NCBI GenBank assembly: GCA_002189035.1
Contig: NEEC01000027.1
Coordinates: forward strand, 372,001-436,000
Reading direction: 5' to 3'
Origin: Utricularia gibba
Taxonomy: Eukaryota; Plantae; Magnoliophyta
Length of the DNA: 64,000 nucleotides
The notes under the pieces are model-generated. The model searched no databases. It saw only the letters and a list, made by a program, of their open reading frames with translations, and was not told the DNA's origin. The position numbers and the translations under genes are program-made. Below, piece by piece: positions 11,959 to 24,677 of this stretch; the first letter of the stretch is position 1; each line of letters begins with the position of its first letter.

Positions 11959-14336
11959 TCAGTCATCGCCTGAGTTCACAAAATCCACAGCTCGTGACTG
12001 GAAATGATCATACCATTCCCCAGCGCTTGCAAATGGCATAAGTCCACACAGCAATGGAAGAACTACAAGGGCAGCGAAGAAAAGAAACCTTCTTGCCCAA
12101 TACGGTACTCGGGGGCCGTTTTGCTCTCTTTCTGCAACGGTTATAGGGCCGTGGAGTATGACAAACAACATGGAATGGAATACATTCGCGAAAAAATGCA
12201 TCAAACATAAGGCTTCCCAGTAAAATAACCATTGGTATCCGCCGCCTCCAATGGTGTCAACACAGAACTTCCCAACATAGCCACAGGCAACCCCTAGCAG
12301 CAGTAGAATGAAGGTAATGGGCATTGTCTGATGTGATGCAGATGATCTTTGAATGAGTAGAAACACAATTGCGCCGATCATTATCGCACCGAACAGCATA
12401 CGGCTGAACACTTGAACTTGACATCTCAATAATTGAAAGCCTGAGTTGAAGCTTGAACCGGGCAGCCAACTTGACCACCGGGACTTGGATTCCTGAAGGC
12501 AAGTAACCCTTAGCAGATTTCATCATGATTCACTATACAACACAAACGACGAAGAATGTGCATAGACAATACCTTTGAAGGTGAGCATGACTCAGATGCT
12601 TCAATGATTCTTTGGTATGAGTAAGTATAAGTTCCGTAAGCAAGAGAAAGTAACATGATGATCAAACCACTGACTAAAAAGTCCAAGCATTTCTTAAGTA
12701 GTTCCACTTGCCTTGCTTCTTGTAACTGAGTTTTAAATTTTTCAGCTTTGAAAGATGCCCTGGAGAAACCTATGGACAATTTCATCTTTTCAAGAAAATT
12801 TGAATCAGATTTCAGTGCCATCTTTTTCTCCTGAAGATTCAACTTTTTCATCATGAGACTAATTTCAAATTCTTTGAGGTCATTCGAACGAGTTTGCTCA
12901 AAAACAGATCTCTCCATTGTAGAGAGCATTGATGACGACCTATTGCTTCCATAAGCACATACTAAATGCTGCACATGTCCATCATGCACCACAAGTTGCT
13001 GATTCATATCTGAGTTCTCGGTACCCTGATTATGCATACACTCTTGTGCATCATCACTAGTTCGGTTGCCAAAAGACTGGGAGGCATTAGTATCAACCGA
13101 AGGTGATCCAGATGGCACATCATGAGAAGCAAAACGCAATGTTTCTGGACAAGAAGAACAATCCTCATGTAAATTCTGCTGCATTCGGTCAAGCAGTTTC
13201 CTGACATTAAGAAGTTCTGCACCATCCATAACCCCCCTAAATGGAATAGATTTAAGAGCTGCATCATCAGACGCCACATTTCCAGAAAGAGATGAAGAAC
13301 AAGCTCCAAGTCCAGCTCCACACAATTGATCTCCGGAACTTTGTGATACATCGCTAATTAGTCTCAGAGTGCTCAACGTAATTCCAAGAGATTTCTCAAA
13401 ATTCCTTGCAAAACTATGAAATCTGTCCCCAAAAACCTGTTAGAGAAACACAATGACTTTGAAAAGGAAAAACAAAAATTAAATATGCAGTAGATAGAAA
13501 TGCTGGATAACATTTACAGGAATATGAAGCTAACACAGCGCTTACATTTTCTAGAGATTCCCTTACAGCCACCGAACAAACCTATAAGTGGAAAAACACA
13601 CCAAGATTTTTATCAACATAAAAAATATTAGAGAGTCTAGGAAGACTAAATATTTGAATATATTTTCTAGGCCCTGGAAGAATCCAAGGCTGAAGATAAT
13701 CAGGAATTCTGTCACCATCAATGCATCTGAAGCGTTTCAAGAAGTACCTCAGACAAGTGGTATGCAGACAACTTCACACCAGAAGACGTACTTTTCTCCA
13801 TAACCTGATATTAACATGCCACTCAGTAAAAAACAAATAGGATCTGAGAATCAAGAACACGTCTTTGCTACAATTAAAAGCGAAGGTAACCAGAAAAAAA
13901 AAAAAGTCTTGAGACAAAACCGAGACCTCATTCGAAAAGGTACTACACAAACAAAAAACTAAAACTCGAAAACCTGGGATATAACAGCCGCAATGGACAT
14001 TCCAAGAAGAAGGCCCAGCGCATCGTAATCACTTGAGCTAACCCTCCTCCGCCCCTTTGCTGACGAACCCACAAAAAGTCTTGCTTGATTTCTTGAAACC
14101 TTGACCTTGATACCCTTGGGTAGCGCACTAGACGTCTCGCTACAGCAACTAGACGATGCTGAGGTTGCTAGTTCAGATATCATCGTATTTCTCTTCGATT
14201 TTATCCTTCTCTTGGAAATCTTGGCCCTGGTTCTTGGTCTCTCCTCAAGGTTTGAAGCCTCCGCACGAATCTCATTCACCATGTCGTCAGCGGAGGCTCC
14301 GCATCGATGGGAATGTATCTCTAGAGGCATTTCCAT
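11959..14336 (-). CDS. CPR5: CPR5 (constitutive expresser of PR genes 5), nuclear-envelope membrane protein, 5 exons
   Basis: ALGLLLGMSIAAV, SNDLKEFEISL..KKL, SFKAEKFKTQL, and hydrophobic C-terminal helices with MPITFILLLLGVACGYVGKFCVDTIGG. Frame is intact. Confidence 0.93.
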
Positions 14337-14755
14337 GGCAGATTGACGGTATCATCAGTCGAAGTACATATAAATGATTACTCCAAGTGCGGATAGAAAA
14401 TTGGAATGCTCGAGGAAGCCGTCATCCCGGTTTATCGTCCCTTCCAATTTCCAAATTCCAAAATCCTGACTCCTGAGTGTAATAAATTGCCGAAATCAAA
14501 TCGTCTGGGCCTGGGTAACCTCGAATAGAAGCTCTGGGTCCATCCCAAGCGAATGCAGTTGGGCCCAGACAAAATTGTGGGCTAGTAAAAGAGACACTCC
14601 ACAGCCACATATGTGGGAGACGGCTTTTCCACGAACACGTAGCAACGCCAGAGAGTTACCTAACAAACACGTTGCAACTCCAACTCAAACACGCAAGCCC
14701 TTCGTTTACTAGCCAATCATACCTGAGCAGCTTCTGATGCAACCTCGAATCATCG

Positions 14756-15399
14756 ATGGCACTCTCCGTCCGTACAGCTTTCTTCAAGGTGCACGCCGAG
14801 AAAACTGCCGCAAGATCTGAAATCCCGCCGGCGGAACCACTGAAGATCAACAAAGGAAAAATTGTTCTGCAGCCAAGGTTTTGTACGCTCAGGGCGTTCG
14901 GCGAAGACCGTGGCGGAGTAATCAAGGCTAGAAATGATGATAATTACCAGGTGTCGCGTTTCTTCCAGGCCTTGGCTGATTACATCGACAGCACGAGGAA
15001 GAGCCAGGATTTTGAGATCATCTCCGGTCGAGTTGCTATGGTGAATAGAACAACGCTTTTCATGACTCTTTTTAATCTGAAATACAGAGAAAAAGAGTGG
15101 GTCGGATTCGCGACTGACTAATTTCATTCTTCAAGATCGTGTTTGCAGCGACGTTGAGTAAAGAGCTTGCGACGGGGAGTTCCGTATTCAAGAAGATGGA
15201 TCTGAGCGGAATAGCCGAAGCCGGCGGCGTTTGTTTGGCGGCCGTCGCGTGCTCCGCCGTATTCGCGTTTTTTTCAAGCAATCGTGGCCGCGTGGGCAGG
15301 CTCTTCACGCTTAGTTGCAACACCCTCATCGATTCGCTCATTGATCAGATCATCGATGGCTTGTTCTACGATTCTGAGAACGACGACCGGAGCAGCTAA
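14756..15399 (+). CDS. SEP2: Stress-enhanced protein 2 (LHC-like), chloroplastic; exons 14756-15040, 15136-15399
   Basis: GKIVLQPRFCTLRAFG, SQDFEIISGRVAM|IVFA LHC motif, and SCNTLIDSLIDQIIDGLFYD. Confidence 0.93.
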
Positions 15400-15978
15400 A
15401 CACCGTCATTAGGGGTTCATTAGGGTGGTTAATGAATACTTATGGAATAATTGTACGCATTAAAGCATATTAAGTGCTTCCATTAGAAAGCTTTCCACGT
15501 AACGTGTAAGGGTAGATTTCTCTTTTAATTATAATTATATGTATCATAATGCATTTTAATTAACATGTCATTAATCCAGAGTTTTGCAGGTCCAATAAGC
15601 AATCCATTGGACCAATTGGGCCCTTCTCCAGGCCCAACGGGCTTGAGTGGTCTTTTGGGCGTACGGTTCAGGCTCATGTCGCCAGACCAGCTGATCCCAT
15701 CTCTGCTCTCCAGTGAGCTCTGTTGGCCCAACCAGTGGCAGTAGCAGGGAAGCTACCGTGTAATTGGGCTTTACGATTACCTTCTGGCTGAAGAAGCTCG
15801 GCTTCAAAAAGTTGAATCGCCCTGAGGTTGACGACTTGACCCATTTCTTCTCCTCGGTACGCTCTCGGCGTCACAGGCTGAACGTTGTTCCGTGGGTATC
15901 TCCTCGAAGTGCGGGTAGATAAACCATCGTTCTGTCTAACCCAACGCCCACTCGTTTTTCTCGAAGTTAACCAATTAA

Positions 15979-18900
15979 ATGGCAATTCTGAGCTTTCTCT
16001 CGCCTCTCACCACCCCACTTCGGCTGCCGCGGCAGTCCAATCTAACGTCGCCTAATCGTGTCGTGGGTAGCTTGAAAATGACGGCGGAGCTGTCTCCCGG
16101 AGATGACCTTCCGCTGGATTACGAGACGTGGTATCCTAAACGCAGGATCCGCCGAAGGGCGGGGGTCCTACTCCACCCGACGTCGTTTCCGGGGCCATAT
16201 GGCATTGGCGATCTTGGTGTCCAAGCGTTTAAGTTTATAGATTGGCTTCACGATGCTGGCTGCTCTCTGTGGCAGGTTTGCACCTGGTTTCTTGTTCGGA
16301 GTATTGAAATATGTAGTCTTGCTTCCATCCATCCTCGTTCGCCGCTTTAATGAGGCTTAATTGGGTTGTATCTGCTGAATTTGTTGTTCTTCATCCACTG
16401 TAGTTATTTCTTGTAGGTTCTTCCTCTTGTCCCTCCAGATCAAACTGGGTCTCCATACAACGGGCAGGTGCACTGATTTCTTATTGTCTACAAATGTTTT
16501 CAGCAATTAAGCCGAATTTTTTATTACATTTTCTCATGCGACCTGATGATGGGTTTTGATGACCAAAACAAATGCCAGGATGCTAATTGCGGCAATATCC
16601 ACTTGATTTCTCTTGATGAACTTGTGAAAGATGGTCTACTCTCCAAGGAAGAGCTTCCAAAACCATCGTAAGAAATAAGTAAAACGCATTTATGACGACA
16701 GTGGTTGTCAAAGCAATCATTTTTATGCACACAAAATCTTGACGCGATGGCTTTCAGTGAGCCTGATCGAGTGGACTTTGCAGCAGTTGCAAAAATCAAG
16801 GAACCTTTGGTTGCTGAGGTAACCACTGTAAACAAGTCCTGTCATTTATTTGATTCACAAGATAAGTTTTATGAATTTTAGTCTGTGACCGTAGGAACAC
16901 AGATGAATAAACCATGTAGTGAAAATATAGTATTTTAGACCTTGTATTGTTCAAAAACAACTTATAGTTGACTTCTGAGTCTTTCTTTTCCATTAGGCAG
17001 CAAAGAGACTTGTTCTTAGTGATGGGGAGCTGAAAAAGCAGCTACAAGAATTCTGTAAGGATCCTAATGTGGCGGCCTGGCTAGAAGATGCTGCATACTT
17101 TGCTGCGATTAACACTACTTTGAATTCAAATAGTTGGTTTGAGTGGCCAGAAGCATTGAAAGATCGTCATCTTGCTGCTCTTGAAGAAATTTATCAAACC
17201 AAAAAGGAATTCGTAGGTTTTTTCAGCTTTCCTGGTTCTTTTACATTCACATTTTTGAAGTTCTTATGTGACCCTTAACTCTTCATTTTTTACCAGATAG
17301 ATGTATTTATTGCTCAACAGTTCCTGTTCCAAAGACAATGGAAGAAAGTTCGTGAATATGCTTTTAAGAAAGGCATCAGTATAATGGGAGACATGCCCAT
17401 CTATGTTGGTTATAACAGTGCTGATGTGTGGGCCAATAAGAGACAGTTTTTGATGGTTACATCCCTTTAGAAACATTTGGACTTGCTTTCCCATGATTCT
17501 TTTTTGTTTTTGCTTTGTTCATCCCCGAATCCATCCATTCTGCAGAACAAGAGTGGGTTTCCTCTCCTTGTTAGTGGTGTTCCACCAGATTGCTTCAGTG
17601 AGACTGGTCAGCTCTGGAACAGGTTGATTGTACTTGGTGCTTTCTTCCTTTTTTTCTTAAGATATGGTGCAGCGTTTTCATCTTTCTGTATGATGACATG
17701 CTGATACTGATACTTCATTTCAATCAAAGCCCTTTATATGATTGGAAAGCTATGGAAAGAGATGGGTTTTCATGGTGGATACGGCGGTTAAGGCGTGCAC
17801 AGGACTTGTTCGATGAATTTCGCATTGATCACTTCAGAGGCTTTGCGGGCTTCTGGGCTGTTCCTGCTGGTTAATGTTCCTTTGAAAGTCTCAAACTTTT
17901 GTATGATGACGTTGATGTGGTGAAGGAAAAAATTAAATGTTTTTCTCCATCTGCAGAAGCAAAAGTGGCTACAGTGGGGCAGTGGAAGGTCTGGATCTTT
18001 TCCTGTGCTTTCATGGTACAACGTTCATCAGCAATTAACTGCTATTTCGTTGATGATGTGCAGGTGGGACCTGGAAAATCTCTCTTTGACGCCATTGGTA
18101 ACGCTGTTGGTGACATAAGTATCATTGCTGAAGATTTGGTAATGCTCTATGAATATGTGAATACTAAGTTACATCGCAAGCTGGTTCCTTTTGCAACTTG
18201 GTTTCTTTTGCAATGCTTCAGGGAGTAATTACAGAAGATGTCGTACAGCTTCGTAGATCGATTGGAGCACCCGGAATGGCAGTCCTCCAATTTGGTATTT
18301 TACAACCTCCCATCTCCCAATGCTCCCTGAGAAAATGTCACTCACCATTTGATATTTTTTCTGTTTTCCCTCTCGTGTTTGTTTTCCTCCCCAGGTTTTG
18401 GGAGTGACGCAGCAAACCCACACTTGCCTCACAATCATGAAGAAAACCAAGTGGTTTACACCGGCACTCATGACAATGACACGGTACAAAGTCAAGATAG
18501 CTTACTCTCTTCTTCATTTTCTAAGCCACACAGATGTTCCAATATGATGCATTAAAACTCGCTACTCTTTACAAGCTCTTTTTTCCCAACTGATGTATTC
18601 AGATTCGAGGATGGTGGGACGTCTTGCCTGAACAGGAGAAGTCAAATGTGAGCACCATCCATTTTCCCTTCCAGCAGAACCAGAACCTTCTTGCTGATGA
18701 ATATTTCCCCCTGCTGTTTAGGTGGTGAAATATATCGGCAGCAATGTCAAGGATGATATATCATGGGGAATAATCCGAGCCGCCCTTGCTTCCATTGCAC
18801 AAACTGCCGTTATACCAATGCAGGATATTCTTCGCCTCGGAAGCACAGCACGCATGAACACCCCTGCTACTCAGGTAACACACATCAACTGAGCAGCCAT

Positions 18901-19049
18901 TGTTGCGTTTCAGGATTCGGAAACGAGCTTTGTGGGTGTTGCAGGAAGGGAACTGGAGCTGGAGAGTACCTGAATCCATGAACTTCGACAACTTATCCAG
19001 TGAAGCTGATTATCTGAGAGACATCATCAGCACCTACGGCCGATTATGA
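15979..19049 (+). CDS. DPE1: 4-alpha-glucanotransferase (disproportionating enzyme 1), plastidial GH77, 15 exons
   Basis: RRAGVLLHPTSFPGPYGIGDLG, SGVPPDCFSETGQLW, FRIDHFRGFAGFW, IIAEDLG, VYTGTHDNDT and GNWSWR. Every junction I checked is GT-AG and in frame. Confidence 0.96.
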
Positions 19050-19809
19050 ACCTGAGCACAGTCTCCTCTGAGCAACAACAAACTGACTCTGTAAGAACAG
19101 ATGCAGCAGATGCTCTTAAGATAGCAGAGTGTAGGCATGTATTGTATATGATCGCCACGAGGTTGCAATAAGGGGCCGGCCAGGCCGCCATGTGAACCAT
19201 TAAATTTTTTCAGAACTCGAAATCCATGGGTTTTGGGCTGTCCCAGGTGGGACTGCACAGAGTAAGTACGCAAGTACAGGAGGCTCCAACTGCTAACCAT
19301 GCCCACTCCTCCCTCGTTGGCATGAACACCGGGCCATTCAGGCCTCAGCCATTAAGTGTCATTTATTAATCGGCCAGAAACTGTGCTTGTTTACACTGCC
19401 TTTATTACAACGTGTATTTGTTTTTTCCGACATGAATGTTGCACATCTGTTTTAGAAACTCCCCACTGTGTACACTCCCCAAGACTGAAAATGCAAGATT
19501 CAAACCTGGAAGTAAACCCTAATACCGGAAGCCGTACCACTGGCATTATCTTCTCAAAATTCATTTCATTTAATTTACGCAAAATTATACACCCCCAATC
19601 ACGTGTCGACACGACATAATCGAGTATTTAGGGGAAAAAAGACTTGGATAACGAAGGGTTTTTCTTTTTTTTGTTTGTGTTGAATAAAATAAAATGAATA
19701 ACTAGGGTCAAGGGGACACGTCCAACCTGATTTAATTAAATGGACAGAGAATTGAAAGGCGCACGTGAAGGGTAGCAGTCCCAAGGACGCCTTGTAGTAA
19801 CTAAAAGGC

Positions 19810-19836
19810 GGGGGCGGGGAGGGGGAGGGGGAGGGG
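19810..19836 (+). other. G-quadruplex-forming motif
   Basis: Five G runs of 4-5 nt separated by single-nt loops: GGGGG C GGGG A GGGGG A GGGGG A GGGG. Folding is predicted from the motif only. Confidence 0.6.
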
Positions 19837-21083
19837 CGTGGATCTGATCTTGTCCCATTACCACACCTTGAACTTAGGGTGGGACAAAATCTATGTAATA
19901 ATTATCCCAAAAGATTTTGTAGCTATTAGTTAATTAATGATGGTCATTTATGAACTGGGAGACCGGGTCAAACCCGTCGTCCAAACCCAGAAAGGGATTT
20001 GGGCCCACCGTGTTGGGTGGTGGAGGAGAATTTGCAAGACCGCCGACGACGACGTCCCTCCCGACGCCAACAGACAACGCGGCGGCCCACGTGCTGGCGG
20101 TGCCCCCCACGAGCGTGCGTCGTGAGTTTGTCACCACCCCGCTGGTTAATCACAGTTGGGGTTTTTCTCCCTTGGTGAATCGCATCATGACTGATTACTT
20201 ACCCCCCCCCCCCCTTTTTTGTTTACCTGGATGTGATTAATTTACTTATCGTCTGCTTTTTGTTTGTTTGTTTGTTTGGTTGGTTTCGGCTGGAGAAGAC
20301 TGGAGACGGAGATGCGGATTAGACTCATGGTAAACATCCCACGTGCACGTGATCAGGCGCCACCGTGGAGAACAGTGTTTTCAAGGACCACTTTACTGTT
20401 GGATCCATAAAGGGGGAAGGCCAAGTGGGAGAAAAGAAAATTGGTGTTTTGCGCCCCCCTTTTGAAAAGTGCACTCGACTGGAGTAGCAAAAAGAAACAA
20501 CGAGCGGAACACACAGCACACTACTGTGTTGTGGTGTGTGTGTTTGTGGGCACTGCGGCAATTACTGGAAGGTTGTGTCCTTGTTTGTGGATATTGATGA
20601 AGCTCTGGGGAGGAAATGAAGAGATACAGAAACCCCATTCATTTGTCAGCATCACTCTGGGGTGTAGAGGTCACAGATAGGACAGCTGCTTCCTCAAGAT
20701 TGTATCATATCACACATCCAGCCCTCTATACTCAAGTGTATGCATATTCCCTTGTGGGAATTCTGAATCTCCTGCTAAAACCCAGAACTAAGAAAAACTT
20801 GTAAGGAATCATTAACAAAGGAACACAAACTGTAGTGCGGTATGTACAGCATTCAGTGCATATTATGAAAAGGGGGGATTGGGTTTCTTCTTTTCATTCC
20901 ATGGCCTGCTTGCTTCCTTGGGGTGCTAAGAGTAGATGGGGATACAACAGTGGTTCTAGTACAAAGGATGGGGTTCTCTTTTCTTAGTGGAAAAAAATGG
21001 GAGCTGAGTGAAGAAGGTATATGCACTTCATCACCAGCAGCATCTGATTCATTATTCATTCATCTTCTGTTCAGGAAAAAGTA

Positions 21084-24000
21084 TCATGACTGTTTGCTTA
21101 ACTCATTGCCTTCCGTTATGCTCATCTCCACTCCAGCTGCAGAACTAAAGCATGCGTCGTTGGCCGCAACTGAAGACGCTGAATCCAGCCCGGAACCAGC
21201 TTGAATCTCTTTGAACATCGCCAATACTTGAATCATGGTCGGACGCTTCCAAGGTCGATCATCTAAGCAAGAAATAGCTACTTTCAAGTGCTGCAGAAGT
21301 TCTATCTCCAGGGTGAGATCCTCCTTCAACAGCATTGAGTCGAACACATCACTTATCCTTGTTTTCGCGTGCTGTTTCACCCACCCCACGAGATTATTGT
21401 CTCCGAAATCAGCTGAATCCGTTGGTCGTCTACCCGTGAGGAGCTCCAGCAAAACCACTCCGTAACTGTACACATCGCCTTTCGTCGTACACCTGAAGCT
21501 CTGATAGTACTCCGGGGGAACATAACCAGGCGTTCCAGCCAATGTACTTACACTCAGATGAGTATCCATTGCGCTCATCAGTCTAGCCATTCCGAAATCC
21601 GAGACCCTTGCCTCCAAGTTCTCATCAAGGAGGACATTGCTGGACTTCATGTCGCGGTGAATGATATGCGGAATGCAATTGTGATGAAGAAAGGCTAATC
21701 CTCTTGCTGCTCCAACGGCAATCTTCCTTCTTGCTGCCCAGTTGAGCTTTATCCCCATTCTTTTCCGATCGTGGAGTACGTCTTCCAGGCTCCCATATTT
21801 CATGTATTCGTAGACCAGAAGCCGCTCCTCCCCCACCTTGCAGTAGCCCAACAGGGAGACGAGGTTCCTGTGCTTGATCTTTCCTATTGTTTCCATCTCA
21901 GCAGTGAACTCTCTGTCACCCTGGCTGCTCACATGTATCAATTTCTTGATCGCCACGATGTTCCCATCTTTCAATCGCGCTTTATACACGTCCCCGAAGC
22001 CACCTGATCCGATGAGAGTATCATTGTGGAAGCCATTCGTTGCTTCAAGAAGATCAGCAAAAGTGAGCTTCCGCAGAGGCTTCTCAAAGGTTGCCAGATT
22101 GATTGACAACGCCTCACGGGCACTGAGCTTCCATAAGCTTTGTGCCGTGGCCGAATTCGAATGGTTCTCCATGTAAGCCTCAAGTGCAGCTTCCTTTTTC
22201 TTCGTCCGCTTCTTTGTCTCCATGGCAAAAATAACCAGACCAAATATGCAAAACAGCGCAAACAGTAAGCCAATCGCTACGCTTCCTGCAAGAGACGCCT
22301 CCCTCCTCTTAGACTTGGAGTGCATGGCCGTCCCTGCACCAGGGAGCTTCGTGCACGAAGGCAGGGGGTAGCCACACAGCCCTGAATTGTTAAAGAACCG
22401 ATAATCAGGGAACGTGTCGAATGGAACCGAATCCGGGATTGGCCCAGAGAGGTTGTTGTTTGACAGATCAATGTCTCCAAGCAATGTAAGGCCTTTCAGT
22501 GACTGTGGAATCGATCCATTCAACCTGTTGTAAGACAGATCAAGAATGGCAACATTCTTCAAGCCTCCGAGATCCTGTGGAATAGGACCAGACAGATCAT
22601 TGTGCCCGAGATTCAGTATTGACAAGTAGTACATCGAGCCAAGCTCCTTGGGGATGCTTCCAACCAAGCTGTTGTACGAAAGATCGAGAAATATCATGGA
22701 ACCATTGTGATTGAATGTCAGCTGAGTGATTCCTCTGTAAACTCTTGTGAAGTTACAGGGATGCCTTGTTGAAATTCTGTCCAAGCTTTCCTGACGAATC
22801 CCTCCAAACTCCAGCAAATTCCCTGCTCCATGGCAGTGTTTGCTACCATCGTTCCGGATATAAACGTAGCTCTTACCAGTGAGGAAGGCAGCAGCAATGT
22901 TGGATTGCTTGAAAAGAGCAGGCGGCATAGAGCCATTCAAGTGGTTTGAGTTCAAGTCCAGCCAAATCAAGCTCTGGCAATCCCCTAGCTCTCCTGGAAT
23001 GTTCCCTGATAAAGAGTTGTTCCCCAGATTCAAGATAGCCAAATTAGAGAGGCTTCCAAGGGACGAAGGAACCTCCCCCGTCAAGAAGTTGTTCGACAAC
23101 GAAATCCAATTCAGCTTACTGCAGTTGCTCAAACTAGCGGGTATCGATCCAGTCAAGTCATTGAAATCAAGAATGAGATTCTCCAAGCTCTGCAGGTTCA
23201 TGAACTCCCACGGGATTTCACCCGAGAGTTGATTCAGCCAGATGATCAAATCCTTCAATCTTGATAAAGAACCCAGACTGGAAGGAATGGCTCCAGACAA
23301 GTAATTCAAACTTAGATCAAGAGATTCCAAATTCGAACAGTTACTCAGTGCCTCGGGCACACGGCCAGTAAACATGTTGTTTTGTACATACAGCTTTTTC
23401 AAGGCGTTTCCAGAGTTAGCGCAAAGCCCAGCGGGAATCTGCCCAGATAGGGCATTGGAACTCACATCTAGAGTCTCCAGTTTCACCATTTTTGAGAAGG
23501 AACCAGGAAGGGCACCCACGAAGTTGTTGAAAGACAAGACTAGGTTTTTCAAATTGCTCAATTTCAGGAGCGGGTTAATGGGCAACTCGCCGGAAAAATT
23601 GTTGGCTGAAATATCCAGAAACTCAAGTGCTGTGCAAGCGGCGAGAGTTTCCGGCACGGTGCTTGTGAAATTGTTGAAGGACAAATCCAACTCGACGAGG
23701 GTTGTGCATAAATCAAGAAGACTTTGGGGGAAAACACCTTGGAAGTCATTTTCCCGGAGATAAAGATACTGAATAGCCCCCCCGGGGAGAGCTGGGACGT
23801 CCGTCAGATGGTTCTTTGTGAGATTGAGAAAACTCAGCTTCGAACAGGCAGAAAGAGCGTCGCCAACAACACCGTAAAATTTGTTTGCAGACAAGTCCAG
23901 GTGTTGGAGATTGGGGCAGCTAAGGAACGATGGAAACTCTGAGGAAAAATTGTTGAGCGAAAGATCCAAGTAGTTGATATTCTTCAAATTGAACGGTGGC

Positions 24001-24677
24001 AAGTTTCCGGCGACCTCGTTGCCCCGCAGGGAAAGATACTGCAATTCCGGAAACTCCGACAGCAGCCACGCAGCGACGTTGTCACCGGAGATTGTATTGT
24101 AAGAAAGATCCAGAGTCTGTAGAGAAGATAACCCAGGGCTTCCAATAGTCTTCTCAACAACAGGGCCCAAAGCATTGTGCGACAGGTTGAGAAAGGCCAA
24201 ACCAGAGCAAACCCCAAGTGCCGAAACGTCAGTGACAGGTCCAGAAACGTCATTCCCTGCTAGATCTAACAAATTCAAGGAACTGCTACAGGGAAATCTT
24301 GATGCAGAAGAGATTACACCAGAGATTCCAGAGTTTTTCAACACAAGGGTCTCCAAGTTCCTCAGCGGAAGAAGAAAGCTCGCTACTTTAGAGAAGTCTG
24401 CGTTGAGGGGAAGATTAGAGAGGTCGATAGATGACACTCTAGAGTTCTTGCAAGAAACGCCAAAAAAATTGCAGGGAGACGCCCCCGGTTTCCAACTGGA
24501 GAAAAATCCGGTTGAGATGAGAGAATTCTTGAAAGAAATGAGCTGCTGGGACTCTCTCAAAGGGCCGTTTGCCGCCGCAAACGAACCATAGGAGACGAAG
24601 AAGAGGATAAAGACCAACAGTCGCATAGAGCAGCCACAATAGATTCCGAGTGACGCAAACAACCTCTTCTCCTTCAT
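21084..24677 (-). CDS. BRI1: Brassinosteroid receptor LRR receptor kinase BRI1, single exon, 1197 aa
   Basis: LRR ectodomain with island domain ([25 protein letters not shown]...[11 protein letters not shown]...[10 protein letters not shown]), a TM helix, [26 protein letters not shown], and an intact kinase ([15 protein letters not shown]). Confidence 0.97.
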   Translation of the reverse strand: MKEKRLFASLGIYCGCSMRLLVFILFFVSYGSFAAANGPLRESQQLISFKNSLISTGFFSSWKPGASPCNFFGVSCKNSRVSSIDLSNLPLNADFSKVASFLLPLRNLETLVLKNSGISGVISSASRFPCSSSLNLLDLAGNDVSGPVTDVSALGVCSGLAFLNLSHNALGPVVEKTIGSPGLSSLQTLDLSYNTISGDNVAAWLLSEFPELQYLSLRGNEVAGNLPPFNLKNINYLDLSLNNFSSEFPSFLSCPNLQHLDLSANKFYGVVGDALSACSKLSFLNLTKNHLTDVPALPGGAIQYLYLRENDFQGVFPQSLLDLCTTLVELDLSFNNFTSTVPETLAACTALEFLDISANNFSGELPINPLLKLSNLKNLVLSFNNFVGALPGSFSKMVKLETLDVSSNALSGQIPAGLCANSGNALKKLYVQNNMFTGRVPEALSNCSNLESLDLSLNYLSGAIPSSLGSLSRLKDLIIWLNQLSGEIPWEFMNLQSLENLILDFNDLTGSIPASLSNCSKLNWISLSNNFLTGEVPSSLGSLSNLAILNLGNNSLSGNIPGELGDCQSLIWLDLNSNHLNGSMPPALFKQSNIAAAFLTGKSYVYIRNDGSKHCHGAGNLLEFGGIRQESLDRISTRHPCNFTRVYRGITQLTFNHNGSMIFLDLSYNSLVGSIPKELGSMYYLSILNLGHNDLSGPIPQDLGGLKNVAILDLSYNRLNGSIPQSLKGLTLLGDIDLSNNNLSGPIPDSVPFDTFPDYRFFNNSGLCGYPLPSCTKLPGAGTAMHSKSKRREASLAGSVAIGLLFALFCIFGLVIFAMETKKRTKKKEAALEAYMENHSNSATAQSLWKLSAREALSINLATFEKPLRKLTFADLLEATNGFHNDTLIGSGGFGDVYKARLKDGNIVAIKKLIHVSSQGDREFTAEMETIGKIKHRNLVSLLGYCKVGEERLLVYEYMKYGSLEDVLHDRKRMGIKLNWAARRKIAVGAARGLAFLHHNCIPHIIHRDMKSSNVLLDENLEARVSDFGMARLMSAMDTHLSVSTLAGTPGYVPPEYYQSFRCTTKGDVYSYGVVLLELLTGRRPTDSADFGDNNLVGWVKQHAKTRISDVFDSMLLKEDLTLEIELLQHLKVAISCLDDRPWKRPTMIQVLAMFKEIQAGSGLDSASSVAANDACFSSAAGVEMSITEGNELSKQS

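Noticed and set aside
15571-15985. Two minus-strand ORFs (78 and 103 aa) between SEP2 and DPE1
   Set aside because: No recognisable homology. They overlap the site-II-rich DPE1 promoter.
20683-20705. miR172-star-like GCTGCTTCCTCAAGATT
   Set aside because: Several mismatches, and no matching mature arm or fold-back nearby.
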